From an uncultured bacterium (GTDB lineage: Bacteria; Verrucomicrobiota; Kiritimatiellia; PWTM01), in contig CALLFZ010000023.1 of the NCBI GenBank assembly GCA_938010045.1, forward strand, positions 4,762-68,761: 64,000 nucleotides of DNA, written 5' to 3'. This document shows positions 53,858-63,463 of this stretch, in pieces. The stretch's first letter is position 1, and each line of letters opens with the position of its first letter. The notes under the pieces are model-generated. The model ran no database searches and had not been told where the DNA came from. It was given only the letters and a program-made list of their open reading frames with translations. The translations under genes were made by a program, and so were the position numbers.

Positions 53858-55384
53858 ATGATGGAACGGTCGCATCATGTGGGGGCGTGGTGGCTGGCCG
53901 CCGGATGGCTGGCGGCGACGGCGCACGCGGATGTTTTCTACGTGGCGGTGGACGGCGCGGATGACCCCGCGCGCGACGGTCGCTCGCCCGCCTCCGCCTG
54001 GGCGACGCCGGCGCACGCCTGCACGCGCGTGCCCGCCGGGCTCCACCGTATTCAGCTCGGACCGGGCGAATTTGTGCTGCGCGAGCCGTTGCGGGTGCCG
54101 TCGGGCGTCGAACTCGTCGGCGCGGGCCGTGACGCGACGCGGATGGTGGCCTCGGCCGAGTGGCCGATCGCGCCGTCCCTGACGGGCATCGGGCCGGCCG
54201 CGGAGTTTTTGATCGTACTGGACCGCGCGACGAATGTCGCGATCCGCGACCTTGAGCTGGCCTCGCCGCCGCCGCGGCTGATCGCCGGCGCGATCCGGGC
54301 GGTGGGTGGGGCGGATCTCTCGATCGAGCGCGTGCGCGTGCGCGACTTTCGCTGGAACGGGCTCGCGTTTGAGCTATCGCATCGGGTCGCGGTACGGCAT
54401 TGCGAGATTCTCAACGCCAGCCGCGAGCGGCATGGGCACCATGGCGGGCTCATTCGCACGCGGTGGATCTTCGATTCGGAGGTGGTCGGCAACCGCATCG
54501 TGAGCACGGACGGCGGCGCCTACGGCTACAAGGGGTCCGGTCATGAGCGCGTGCGCATCCTCGGCAATTGGATCGAGGTCGCGGGTGAGTTTGCGATCGA
54601 GTCCGCGCACGAGAACGAGTACGGGCTTGAGATCGCCTATAACCTGCTGACCCGGTGCGTCTCGGTGCCGAAAGGCGGACAGGGCGCCGACCCGGCCGAG
54701 CGCGGCTGCGCCTGGAGTGTACGGATTCACCACAACGTGATGACCGACAGCTACGCGGTTGAGGGCCCGCGCAATCATCTCGAGGTGGACCACAACTGGA
54801 TTCGCTGCGAGAAGCCCGGCGGCCGCATCTACACGCATCATGGCGGCGTGAACCATGGGCCGGTGCGCATCCATCACAACGTGATCGAGAACGCCGACCG
54901 GGGGTTGATCTGGATGAACGAGGGGCTCGCGGAGGACATTGAGGCGGCGCACAACACCGTGATCTTTGCGGAGGCCGGTCCGCGAGCGGGCCGGGTGGTG
55001 GATGCCTGGAGCTCCGAGCGGCTCAACCGCTGGGTGATCCGGAACAACGTGTTGGTGGCGCCGGCCACTGAGCCGCGCCGCTTCATGCCGCTGGAGCGCG
55101 GCGTGCCGTCGAAGATCACGGCGACACACAACCTCTGCGTGAATATCCGCGACGTGCCTGAGGGCAATTTCACGGCGGAGGTGCCGGGGTTCCGAGGGGA
55201 GGGCGCGCGGCCCTGCCCCTTCTACGCGCCGGCGGGTCCGGATTCACCGCTGGTGGATCGTGGCGTGGAGTCGGGGTTTCCGTTTCGTGGGACGGCGCCG
55301 GACCTCGGGGCGATTGAGTGGGACGGGGAACCGTTCCGCGTGGGGCCCGATGCGGCGCCCGGATCTGCCGGGGTGACGCGCTGA
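53858..55384 (+). CDS. Secreted parallel beta-helix repeat protein (DUF1565/pectin lyase-like fold)
   Basis: Signal peptide; FYVAVDGADD, IQLGPGEF, repeated I/V-x-H/G-N turns, DSPLVDRG...APDLGAIE terminus. Confidence 0.8.
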   Translation: MMERSHHVGAWWLAAGWLAATAHADVFYVAVDGADDPARDGRSPASAWATPAHACTRVPAGLHRIQLGPGEFVLREPLRVPSGVELVGAGRDATRMVASAEWPIAPSLTGIGPAAEFLIVLDRATNVAIRDLELASPPPRLIAGAIRAVGGADLSIERVRVRDFRWNGLAFELSHRVAVRHCEILNASRERHGHHGGLIRTRWIFDSEVVGNRIVSTDGGAYGYKGSGHERVRILGNWIEVAGEFAIESAHENEYGLEIAYNLLTRCVSVPKGGQGADPAERGCAWSVRIHHNVMTDSYAVEGPRNHLEVDHNWIRCEKPGGRIYTHHGGVNHGPVRIHHNVIENADRGLIWMNEGLAEDIEAAHNTVIFAEAGPRAGRVVDAWSSERLNRWVIRNNVLVAPATEPRRFMPLERGVPSKITATHNLCVNIRDVPEGNFTAEVPGFRGEGARPCPFYAPAGPDSPLVDRGVESGFPFRGTAPDLGAIEWDGEPFRVGPDAAPGSAGVTR

Positions 55385-55392
55385 ACTCCAGC

Positions 55393-56745
55393 ATGGTCAG
55401 GCGAGATGTCGTGCGGCGGGCGGTGGTCGCGTCGCTGATGCTGTTGGCGGTCCTGCCGGCGGCGGCGCGGCCGGGGGCGGAGTACGCGGTGGTGGTCTCG
55501 GCCGACACGCTGCGCGATCCGGCGTGGGCGGCGGTGGTGGGCGAGCTTGAAGCGGGCCGCCGAGCCGATCGCGTGGTGTGGAGCGGCTCAGTGACGGGCT
55601 CGCTGGCGCGGCTGCGGGAGATCCGACCGCGCTACGCCTGCTTCGTGGCCCGACCTGCGGAGGTGTCGCGCGAGTTCGTCGCGCAGGTTCACCGGATCAC
55701 GCGGGCGCTGGACGACGACCCATGGGGCGACTGCCTCTGGGGCATTCTGACTGGCTTTGACGCGGCGAATGCACGGGCGATCGCACGCACGCGCGCTCCG
55801 CTGACCGTTCGGCGGGCGCTCGGCGGCACCGCGATCTCGCTCGATCGGTTCGATTCGGGTATCTGGTTCGATGAGGGGCGCGTCGGGCACGCCGTCGAGA
55901 AAGACCGCTACGGCGGCCTCCTCGAGCGGACCGTCCCGCCGGACACGACATCTCACATCGTCGAAGAGCTCAACCGAGGCGATGTGGACCTCGTGGTGAC
56001 GTCGGGCCACGCAACCGAGCGCGAATGGCAGATCGGCTACACCTACACCAACGGCTCCCTGCGTTCGCACGGCGGCCGTCTGTACGGTGTGGACACGAAA
56101 GGACGGCGCTTCGAAGTGCGTTCGCCGAATCCGAAAGTGTATCTGCCGGTGGGCAATTGTCTGATGGGACATATGGACGGGCCTGACGCGATGGCGCTGG
56201 CGTGGATGAATGCGGCCGGCGTGCGCCAAATGATCGGGTACACCGTACCTACGTGGTTCGGTTACATGGGGTGGGGGGTGTTGGACTATTTCGTCGAGCA
56301 ACCGGGCCGCTTCACTCTTGCCGAGGCCGTCTTCGCGAACCAGCAGGCGTTGCTGCGCGAGTTGCAGCTCGATCCGCACTCGCGAGGACATCGCTTCGAC
56401 CGCGACGTGGTGGCGTTCTATGGCGATCCGGCCTGGGAGGCCCGATTGGCGCCTAGGGAGCTGGATTGGGAGCAGGGATTGGAGATGGAGAATGACGTCT
56501 GGACGTTCACGGTCCGGCCACGGCGGGGCGAAGCGTCGTTTCGGCGCGGCACGCGGCCGTTCTTCCAATGGCTGCCCCAACGCATTCGAGCGGCCCACCT
56601 CATTGAGGGGCGGGAGTGGCAGCCCGTGATCGCGGACGATATTCTCCTCGTGCCACGGCCGCCGTCGGAAGGGCCGGCACAACCGATCCGCGTGGTGTTC
56701 CGAGTCGTGCCGGACTCGGACCTTTGCGAGGGGGAGACGCGATGA
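55393..56745 (+). CDS. Secreted protein with putative gingipain/caspase-like (clan CD, peptidase C25-like) fold
   Basis: YAVVV, GILTG, TSGHA (His), VGNCLMG (Cys), YGDP; signal peptide. Confidence 0.6.
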   Translation: MVRRDVVRRAVVASLMLLAVLPAAARPGAEYAVVVSADTLRDPAWAAVVGELEAGRRADRVVWSGSVTGSLARLREIRPRYACFVARPAEVSREFVAQVHRITRALDDDPWGDCLWGILTGFDAANARAIARTRAPLTVRRALGGTAISLDRFDSGIWFDEGRVGHAVEKDRYGGLLERTVPPDTTSHIVEELNRGDVDLVVTSGHATEREWQIGYTYTNGSLRSHGGRLYGVDTKGRRFEVRSPNPKVYLPVGNCLMGHMDGPDAMALAWMNAAGVRQMIGYTVPTWFGYMGWGVLDYFVEQPGRFTLAEAVFANQQALLRELQLDPHSRGHRFDRDVVAFYGDPAWEARLAPRELDWEQGLEMENDVWTFTVRPRRGEASFRRGTRPFFQWLPQRIRAAHLIEGREWQPVIADDILLVPRPPSEGPAQPIRVVFRVVPDSDLCEGETR

Positions 56746-57182
56746 GTCGGGGCCGGTTCTGTTCGGCGATCAACTGCCTGGATGGCCGCGTGCAACTTCC
56801 GGTGATCCGCTATCTGCAGCGGCGGTTTCGCGCGGACCACGTGGACATGATCACCGAGCCCGGTCCTGTGCGGATACTTGCGGACCCACGCGAACGAAGC
56901 CGCCGTGCGGCGATCCAGGCACGTCTCGAGATCTCGGTGCATCGCCATGGTTCGGTCGGGATTGCACTCGTCGCGCACGCCGATTGCGCGGGCAACCCCG
57001 TCCGCGATGCGGAGCAGCGGCGGCAGCTGGCGGCTGGTGTCGCCGAGCTGCGTCGGCGCCACGGGCGCCTGCCGGTGATCGGCCTCTGGGTGGACGCGCG
57101 CGGGCGGGTGGTGGACGTGACGCAGGAGAGAATAGGGCGGTCCGCGCGCCGCGCCGTTCACTCACGGGCGGCGAGCACGTGA
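56742..57182 (+). CDS. Putative beta-class-like carbonic anhydrase
   Basis: AINCLDGRVQ, ITEPG, AHADCAGN (CxDxR...HxxC zinc ligands). Confidence 0.8.
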   Translation: MSRGRFCSAINCLDGRVQLPVIRYLQRRFRADHVDMITEPGPVRILADPRERSRRAAIQARLEISVHRHGSVGIALVAHADCAGNPVRDAEQRRQLAAGVAELRRRHGRLPVIGLWVDARGRVVDVTQERIGRSARRAVHSRAAST

Positions 57183-59287
57183 ACTTCGGCCGGCGACAGC
57201 GCCCGGTCGAAGACCGCGATTTCGTCGAGACGGCCCTCCCAATTGTGCTCGCCGTCGCTGCGGCCTCCGAAGAACCACTGAACGTCCCGCCCGCTCGCGG
57301 CGGGGGGCGTCGGCCCTTCGAGTTCAGGGCGCCCGTCCAGATACACGCGCAGGGCGGTGTCATCGCACACGAGCGCGGCGTGGTGCCAGGTCCAGCGCGC
57401 GATGTCGCGCTCGCCGCCGATGGGCTCGCCGGTGCCGACGAGCGCCACAAGGCGGCCCGCGAAGCCGTTCGTCCCGCCGAGGCCGACATGCACACCCCAG
57501 GGCGGCAGCTCGTGGTCGCCGCCGCGGGACACCATCCATCCGGCGACGCCGCGAGCGGCGGGTGGCATGCCGTTCCAGAACCACAACGAAACGCTCCAGC
57601 GCGCGCCCAGATTCGGCAGCCGGGCGCGGAGCCGACCGCCCGCGAAATGCGGCGCGCGGTTCGGAGTGTCGCCCTCGTTGAAGCGCGGCCGGTCCGGTCC
57701 GTCGAGGTGAAACGCCACAAGGTCCTCGTACACGGCGTGCCGCAATCCCATCTCGTCCTCCGCGTGCGGGCCGCTGAACTCGTTCAATCGCCAGTAGGCG
57801 ATCGGGGCGAGCCGGCGGATCGCGAGCGCAGCGGGGCCGGCGCGCCACGCCCACGGTCGGCGCGGGCGGCTGGCGACGCGCTCGAGCAACCGCACCGACT
57901 CCTCCACGATGCGCGGCTCGGCGCCGACCTCGAGCGCAGCGGTGCGCGCCGGCCACGTGGTGTAGCCGCCGAAGCGATGCTGCTCGGGGGGCGGGATGTA
58001 GCCCTCAGCGCCGTTCGCCAATTCGATCACCATCGTGTCGGGCAGCGGACTGGCCGCCTTGATCTTGAGGCCGGTGATGGCGTAGGCCTCGCAGGGATGC
58101 GCCGCGATCGCCACCTCGCCGATGCGCAGCGCCTGCAACACCACTTCGGCAGTCGGCTGCTCGTGGAGCCGCACCTGCTCTCGGGCATACACCTCCACCT
58201 GATTGGTCGGGGCGCGGCTGCCCATCGCCTCAACGATGCGCCGGGCCCATTCAAGCCGCTCGCGGCTGGGCGTCCGCCGGCGGAGTGTGAGGCGACACTC
58301 GATCATCTGTAGAGCGTCCGCCTCGCGGTGGGGACAGGCGCGCAGCGCGGCTTCCGCAAGATCGAGCAACCCGCGCGTGTAGTCCTCAATCCGGAGGCTT
58401 GCGGGCCACGCGTCCGGCTGGGCGTAGTCGCGCCGCCAGATGTCGCCGCTACACCCGTGCGAGAACAGCGCGACGAACGGCGGCCGCCCGGTCCCCGGCT
58501 CCGGCTCCAGCCGCGCGCGGAGGCCGTCGCAGAAGAGGCCAAAGTAGTCGGCGCTGATGTCGGAATCGCTGAAGTAGTGCATGGAAAAGTTCGCGAGCAC
58601 CGCGACGGGGCGGCCGTCGCGCGAGCGGAACGAGATGAGCTCAAGCGCGGGATCCTCCGGCCCGGTTTCGCCGGTGACCTGCGCGAGGCCCGCCTGCGGG
58701 GCGTGCATGTTCGCTCGAACTGTCGGATTCCCGAACGGATCGCATTGCACCAGATCGGGCCGAAGAAACCACCGGCGGAGTGCGGTGAACTGCGGCGCGG
58801 ACGCCCGCGCGAAGCCGATCACCACCGGCTCCAACCGCGGCAGCGGCGCCGCGACGGCCTCGACGAGACGGTCGCGGAGAAACGGGACGTAGGTCGAATC
58901 GGGATCCGTGCCGAGCGCGCCGGTGGCCGACGGTGCGGAATGCGTGTGCGTGGCCGCGATCAGCATGTTCGAGGCGGGAATGCCCGTGCGCTCTGAGGCC
59001 CGCCGCTTGACCTCGTCGAGCAGCGGCCGATCCAGCAGGCACGAGTCCACAATCATGATCACCGCCGTGCTCGCGGTATCGGCCACGGCGAGCACGCGCG
59101 CGCTGAGCGGGGTCTTCACGCGGTTCGCGGTGCGGCTCAGAACGGCACCGTTGACGATCACCGGCAGCGAGGTGGGTGTGATATCCACCACCGCCGCGCC
59201 GGCGCGGACATCGGCCCGCGCGCCGCTGGCGACCACCAGGGCGAGCGCGACGAGCCGACCGCAGCCGAGATTGTGTCGGACATTCAT
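57158..59287 (-). CDS. Secreted neutral/alkaline ceramidase-like metallo-amidohydrolase fused to a C-terminal LamG domain
   Basis: AGAAVVDITP, ATHTHSAP, NFSMHY, SADYFG, GCSGD, LANGAEGYIP; C-terminal PIAYWRLNE, WHHAALV, GRLDEIAVFDRALS. Confidence 0.82.
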   Translation of the reverse strand: MNVRHNLGCGRLVALALVVASGARADVRAGAAVVDITPTSLPVIVNGAVLSRTANRVKTPLSARVLAVADTASTAVIMIVDSCLLDRPLLDEVKRRASERTGIPASNMLIAATHTHSAPSATGALGTDPDSTYVPFLRDRLVEAVAAPLPRLEPVVIGFARASAPQFTALRRWFLRPDLVQCDPFGNPTVRANMHAPQAGLAQVTGETGPEDPALELISFRSRDGRPVAVLANFSMHYFSDSDISADYFGLFCDGLRARLEPEPGTGRPPFVALFSHGCSGDIWRRDYAQPDAWPASLRIEDYTRGLLDLAEAALRACPHREADALQMIECRLTLRRRTPSRERLEWARRIVEAMGSRAPTNQVEVYAREQVRLHEQPTAEVVLQALRIGEVAIAAHPCEAYAITGLKIKAASPLPDTMVIELANGAEGYIPPPEQHRFGGYTTWPARTAALEVGAEPRIVEESVRLLERVASRPRRPWAWRAGPAALAIRRLAPIAYWRLNEFSGPHAEDEMGLRHAVYEDLVAFHLDGPDRPRFNEGDTPNRAPHFAGGRLRARLPNLGARWSVSLWFWNGMPPAARGVAGWMVSRGGDHELPPWGVHVGLGGTNGFAGRLVALVGTGEPIGGERDIARWTWHHAALVCDDTALRVYLDGRPELEGPTPPAASGRDVQWFFGGRSDGEHNWEGRLDEIAVFDRALSPAEVHVLAARE

Positions 59288-59387
59288 GAATCCGGCGGCC
59301 AAGACACCCTTGGCACCCTAGTCGCCGAACGCTCGGCGCACAAGCCGGGCGGCGCAGCCGATCGGGCCGGTGTGGCGGCTACGTTGG

Positions 59388-59999
59388 TCAGCGAGCCGCC
59401 TCGCGCATCGGCGCTGCGATCGGAATCCACACCTCGTTTCGGCGAAGGAACCACGGCATGAACGGAGGGTCGTAGCGCGCCCAGAGCGGCGGGGCGGCCG
59501 CAGTCCAGCCGTGGGCCGCGATCCATTCCTCAAGCCGTCGGCGATGCGACTCGAACCGTTCGCGGCTCCACGTCCCAGAATACCGAATCGCCGCGACCAG
59601 GCCGCCGGCGGCGACGCGCAGACGGACTCGATCGTCGGACGGCGCAGGCAGGCGGTCGAGCGCGCTACCCGCGGGCATTACGAACGCGACGCGCCACACG
59701 CCGGCCGAACCCGGCGCCTGCACGACCGGTGCGGTCATTGGGATTTGCGCCTGCCGCTCATTGTGGCCCGTGATGAACCGGTACAGCGGCCGGAACGCGC
59801 GGTTGCCGGCCTCCTCCGGATCGCCGTGGACCTCGACCTCCGCGAACACGTGGGCGTTGTAGCGGCGTAGCTCAAACGGCCCCTCGGTGCGCAGCGTTTC
59901 AAATTCGAGATGTTCAACGGCCCCCGCGCCGCCAGCGAGTACAGCCAGGACGGCGCCCAGTCGGCCGCCACGGGGACGTGCTGCACGAAGCAAAATCAT
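59388..59999 (-). CDS. SOUL-family heme-binding protein
   Basis: FELRRY, AFRPLYRFITGHN, IPMTAPV, FVMP, ARYDPPFMPWFLRRNEVWIP. Confidence 0.92.
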   Translation of the reverse strand: MILLRAARPRGGRLGAVLAVLAGGAGAVEHLEFETLRTEGPFELRRYNAHVFAEVEVHGDPEEAGNRAFRPLYRFITGHNERQAQIPMTAPVVQAPGSAGVWRVAFVMPAGSALDRLPAPSDDRVRLRVAAGGLVAAIRYSGTWSRERFESHRRRLEEWIAAHGWTAAAPPLWARYDPPFMPWFLRRNEVWIPIAAPMREAAR

Positions 60000-60243
60000 G
60001 GAGCAATCTACCTTCATTGGAGAAGGTTTTCCACACCGGCGACGTTGCACGGCGGCCAACCCGCTCACCCGGCTGGGCGGGGCCCATGAACGCTGCCCCG
60101 TGCGCTATCGTCGCGCCGGCCCTGGCCGGCCGGCACCCTTCCAGGTTTGGATACGGGCGAGCCCCTCTCGTCCAAGGCTTGGACGCACAGCGCATCGCGA
60201 GCGGGCGAGAAGGTTCGTGGACGGTTCGCGCGGCGCGCTGAGC

Positions 60244-62088
60244 CTATTCCACGGTCACGCTCTTTGCGAGGTTGCGGGGTTGGTCAATTTCGCAACCGCG
60301 CAACCGAGCAACGTGGTAGGCGAGCAGTTGCATCGCGACGGCCGCGACGACCGGCGACACCAGCGGCGCGCAGCGTGGCAGCTCGATCGTCTCCTGGGCG
60401 ATTCCGCCGATCGTTGTCTCCCCCTCGGTGACCACCGCGATGACCGGCGCGCCGCGCGCGCGGCATTCCTGGATGTTGCCGATCATCTTGTCGCGGCCGG
60501 GAACGTCCAGGGCGAGCGCGACGACGGGCACCGAGGGATCAAGCAGCGCGATCGGGCCGTGTTTCAGCTCGGCCGCATGGTAGCCCTCGGCGTGGAGGTA
60601 GCTGATCTCCTTCAGCTTTAGCGCGCCTTCGAGCGCGACGGGGTAGAGCAGGCCGCGGCCAATGTAGAAGGCGTCGCGGGCGTCTGCCAGCGAAGCGGCG
60701 GCGCGCGCGACGCGTTCGTTCAGCTCAAGCACGCGCCGCACGAGGCCGGGCAGCGCGTGCACCTGCTCAATGATCTCGGTGCCCGCCTCGCGCGAAAGTC
60801 GCCGGCAGCGGCCGAACTTCAGCGCCATCATCAGCAGCACCGCGACCTGCGAGGTGAAGGCCTTGGTCGAGGCGACGCCAATCTCGGGGCCTGCGTGCAG
60901 ATAGACGCCGCGGCCGGTCTCGCGGGCAATCGTCGAGCCGACGACGTTGCAGATGCCACAGAGCGCCGCGCCTTTCTGCCGCGCTTCGCGGACCGCCGCG
61001 AGCGTGTCGGCGGTTTCGCCGGACTGGCTGATGGCAACGACGAGGTCGCGCGGTGAGAGGATCGGGTTGCGGTAGCGGAACTCCGCGGCCTGCTCGACCG
61101 CGGCCGGCAGGTCAGCGAGGTCCTCGAAATAGAGCCGCCCCACCATGCCCGCGTGGAGCGAGGTGCCGCAGGCGACCAGCACGACGCGGCGCACGTCGGC
61201 GATTTCGCGCGGCGTCATCGCAAGGCCGCCAAGCTTCGCAGTGCCGGCGGCGGGATCGAGCCGCCCGCGCATCGAGTTCTCGAGCGACTCGGGCTGCTCG
61301 AAGATCTCCTTAAGCATAAAGTGCTCGAAGCCGCCCTTTTCGGCCGCGCGCACGTCCCAGTCCACCTGCGAGACCGTGCGCGACACGGGCGTGTTGTGCG
61401 CCGTCCGCACCTCGATCGAGCCGGCAGAGAGTTCCGCGATGTCGTCGTCGTCGAGATAGATCACGCGGTTCGTGTGCGCGACGATCGCAGCGGCATCGCT
61501 GGCCACGAGCGTTTCGGCCTCGCCGACCCCGATCACGATCGGGCTGCCGCGCCGCGCCACCCAGATGCGGCCGGGGCGATCGGCATGGACGATCGCGATG
61601 CCGAGTGTGCCCTCAACCTGTCGGAGCGCGGCGCAGAGCGCGCCGATCGGGTCGTCCGCGAAGCCGAGGCTGCCAAGCAGATGGGCGAGGACCTCGGTGT
61701 CGGTGTCGGAGCGGAACACGTGCCCGCGGGCCTCGAGCTGGCGGCGGAGATCGGCGTAGTTGTCGATGATGCCGTTGTGGACGAGGGCAAGGCGGCCGGA
61801 GGCATCGAAGTGCGGATGCGCGTTGGCCTCCGTGGGGGGGCCGTGCGTGGCCCAACGCGTGTGGGCGATGCCACAGCGCGAGCCCTCGGCCGGCGTGCCG
61901 GTCCATTCCACGGCGACGCGGTCGGCAAGGGTCTGCACCTTGCCGGGCAGCTTCAGCGACTGCAGCGATCCGTCCACGACGACGGCGATGCCGGCCGAGT
62001 CGTAGCCGCGATACTCGAGCCGCCGCAGGTTGCCAATCAACGTCTCGGGCGCGGCGCGCGGACCCGTATATCCAACGATTCCGCACAT
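60244..62088 (-). CDS. glmS: Glutamine--fructose-6-phosphate aminotransferase (isomerizing)
   Basis: MCGIVG, LEYRGYDSAG, AHTRWATHG, SQSGETADT, VASTKAFT, PRNLAKSVTVE. Confidence 0.98.
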   Translation of the reverse strand: MCGIVGYTGPRAAPETLIGNLRRLEYRGYDSAGIAVVVDGSLQSLKLPGKVQTLADRVAVEWTGTPAEGSRCGIAHTRWATHGPPTEANAHPHFDASGRLALVHNGIIDNYADLRRQLEARGHVFRSDTDTEVLAHLLGSLGFADDPIGALCAALRQVEGTLGIAIVHADRPGRIWVARRGSPIVIGVGEAETLVASDAAAIVAHTNRVIYLDDDDIAELSAGSIEVRTAHNTPVSRTVSQVDWDVRAAEKGGFEHFMLKEIFEQPESLENSMRGRLDPAAGTAKLGGLAMTPREIADVRRVVLVACGTSLHAGMVGRLYFEDLADLPAAVEQAAEFRYRNPILSPRDLVVAISQSGETADTLAAVREARQKGAALCGICNVVGSTIARETGRGVYLHAGPEIGVASTKAFTSQVAVLLMMALKFGRCRRLSREAGTEIIEQVHALPGLVRRVLELNERVARAAASLADARDAFYIGRGLLYPVALEGALKLKEISYLHAEGYHAAELKHGPIALLDPSVPVVALALDVPGRDKMIGNIQECRARGAPVIAVVTEGETTIGGIAQETIELPRCAPLVSPVVAAVAMQLLAYHVARLRGCEIDQPRNLAKSVTVE

Positions 62089-62110
62089 GAGAGCGGCTCC
62101 TTTCGTGTCC

Positions 62111-63463
62111 TCAGGCGCCGATTTCCCGCTTCAGCAGCTCGGCGATGCGGCCGCACCACTCTTGCACGATCGCGTCCGACCGGCCCTCGACGAGCACGCG
62201 CACCTTCGGCTCGGTGCCGGAGTAGCGGACCACCACGCGGCCATCGTCGCCAAACACGCGGCGCGCCTCGTCGAGCAGCGCGGGCAGCCCCGGCACGGTC
62301 TCCAGCGGCGGCCGCGCGCGCACCGCGAGGCTCACGAGCTTCTGCGGGTACTCGGTCATGCAATCGGCCAGTTCGCGGAGCGTTCGGCCGGTGGTTTTCA
62401 TCAGCCGCAGCACTTGCAGCGCTGTGATGATGCCATCTCCAGTGGTCGCGTAGTCCATGAAGATCACGTGGCCCGACTTCTCGCCGCCGAGGTTGTAGCC
62501 GGCCGCGCGCATCGCCTCGATCACCTGCCGGTCGCCGACGTCGGTCGTCACCATGCGAATGCCGTGTTGTGCCATCGCCGCGTGGAGGCCAAGGTTGCTC
62601 ATCGTCGTGACGACGAGCGTGTTGTGCGCAAGCCGGCCGCGCGCGTGGAAGTCCAGCGCACACATTGCGAGAATGCGGTCACCGTCGACCACCGCGCCGG
62701 TGCTGTCTGTGAAGATCACGCGGTCGGCGTCGCCATCCAGCGCGACACCGACATCCGCGTGGTACTGGCGCACAAGCTGGCCGACGGTTTCCGGATGCAG
62801 CGCGCCGCAGCCGTTGTTGATGTTGTAGCCGTCCGGCGAGGCGTAGGCCTTGGTCACTCGGGCGCCGAGCTCCTCGAAAATCCACGGGCCAATGCGATAG
62901 GCCGCGCCGTTGCTGCAGTCGAGCACGACGTGCAGACCCGAGAGGTTCTGGTGGCCCACCGTACCCTTCGCGAATTCGATATAGCGCCCGCGCGCGTCCT
63001 CGATGCGGTAGGCCTTGCCCATCGTGTCGCTTCGGATGTGCTCGGCCGTGAGATCGCCGTCCAGCACGTGACGTTCAATCTGCAGCTCGAGCTCGTCGGA
63101 AAGCTTGAACCCTTCGCCGTCGAAGATCTTGATACCATTGTCGTCGAAGGGATTGTGCGAGGCGGTCAGCATGATGCCGACCGTTGCGGCCATGGAGCGA
63201 GTCAAATGCGCGACCGCGGGGGTGGGCAACACGCCCACCAGAAACACGTCCATCCCCATCGACACAAGTCCGCTGGTGAGTGCCGTTTCGAGCATATAGC
63301 CGGAGAGCCGCGTGTCCTTGCCGAGCACCGCGCGCCGGCTGCCGTGACCCGACGCGCCGAACACGTGGGCGATGGCCTTGCCGACCTGGAGAGCGACCTC
63401 CGGGGTGATGGGATGAAAGTTCGCCCGTCCCCGGATTCCGTCGGTACCGAACAACCGCTCCAT
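62111..63463 (-). CDS. glmM: Phosphoglucosamine mutase
   Basis: LFGTDGIRG, GKDTRLSG, TASHNP, DGDADR, GGEKSGH, RYSGTEP. Confidence 0.97.
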   Translation of the reverse strand: MERLFGTDGIRGRANFHPITPEVALQVGKAIAHVFGASGHGSRRAVLGKDTRLSGYMLETALTSGLVSMGMDVFLVGVLPTPAVAHLTRSMAATVGIMLTASHNPFDDNGIKIFDGEGFKLSDELELQIERHVLDGDLTAEHIRSDTMGKAYRIEDARGRYIEFAKGTVGHQNLSGLHVVLDCSNGAAYRIGPWIFEELGARVTKAYASPDGYNINNGCGALHPETVGQLVRQYHADVGVALDGDADRVIFTDSTGAVVDGDRILAMCALDFHARGRLAHNTLVVTTMSNLGLHAAMAQHGIRMVTTDVGDRQVIEAMRAAGYNLGGEKSGHVIFMDYATTGDGIITALQVLRLMKTTGRTLRELADCMTEYPQKLVSLAVRARPPLETVPGLPALLDEARRVFGDDGRVVVRYSGTEPKVRVLVEGRSDAIVQEWCGRIAELLKREIGA

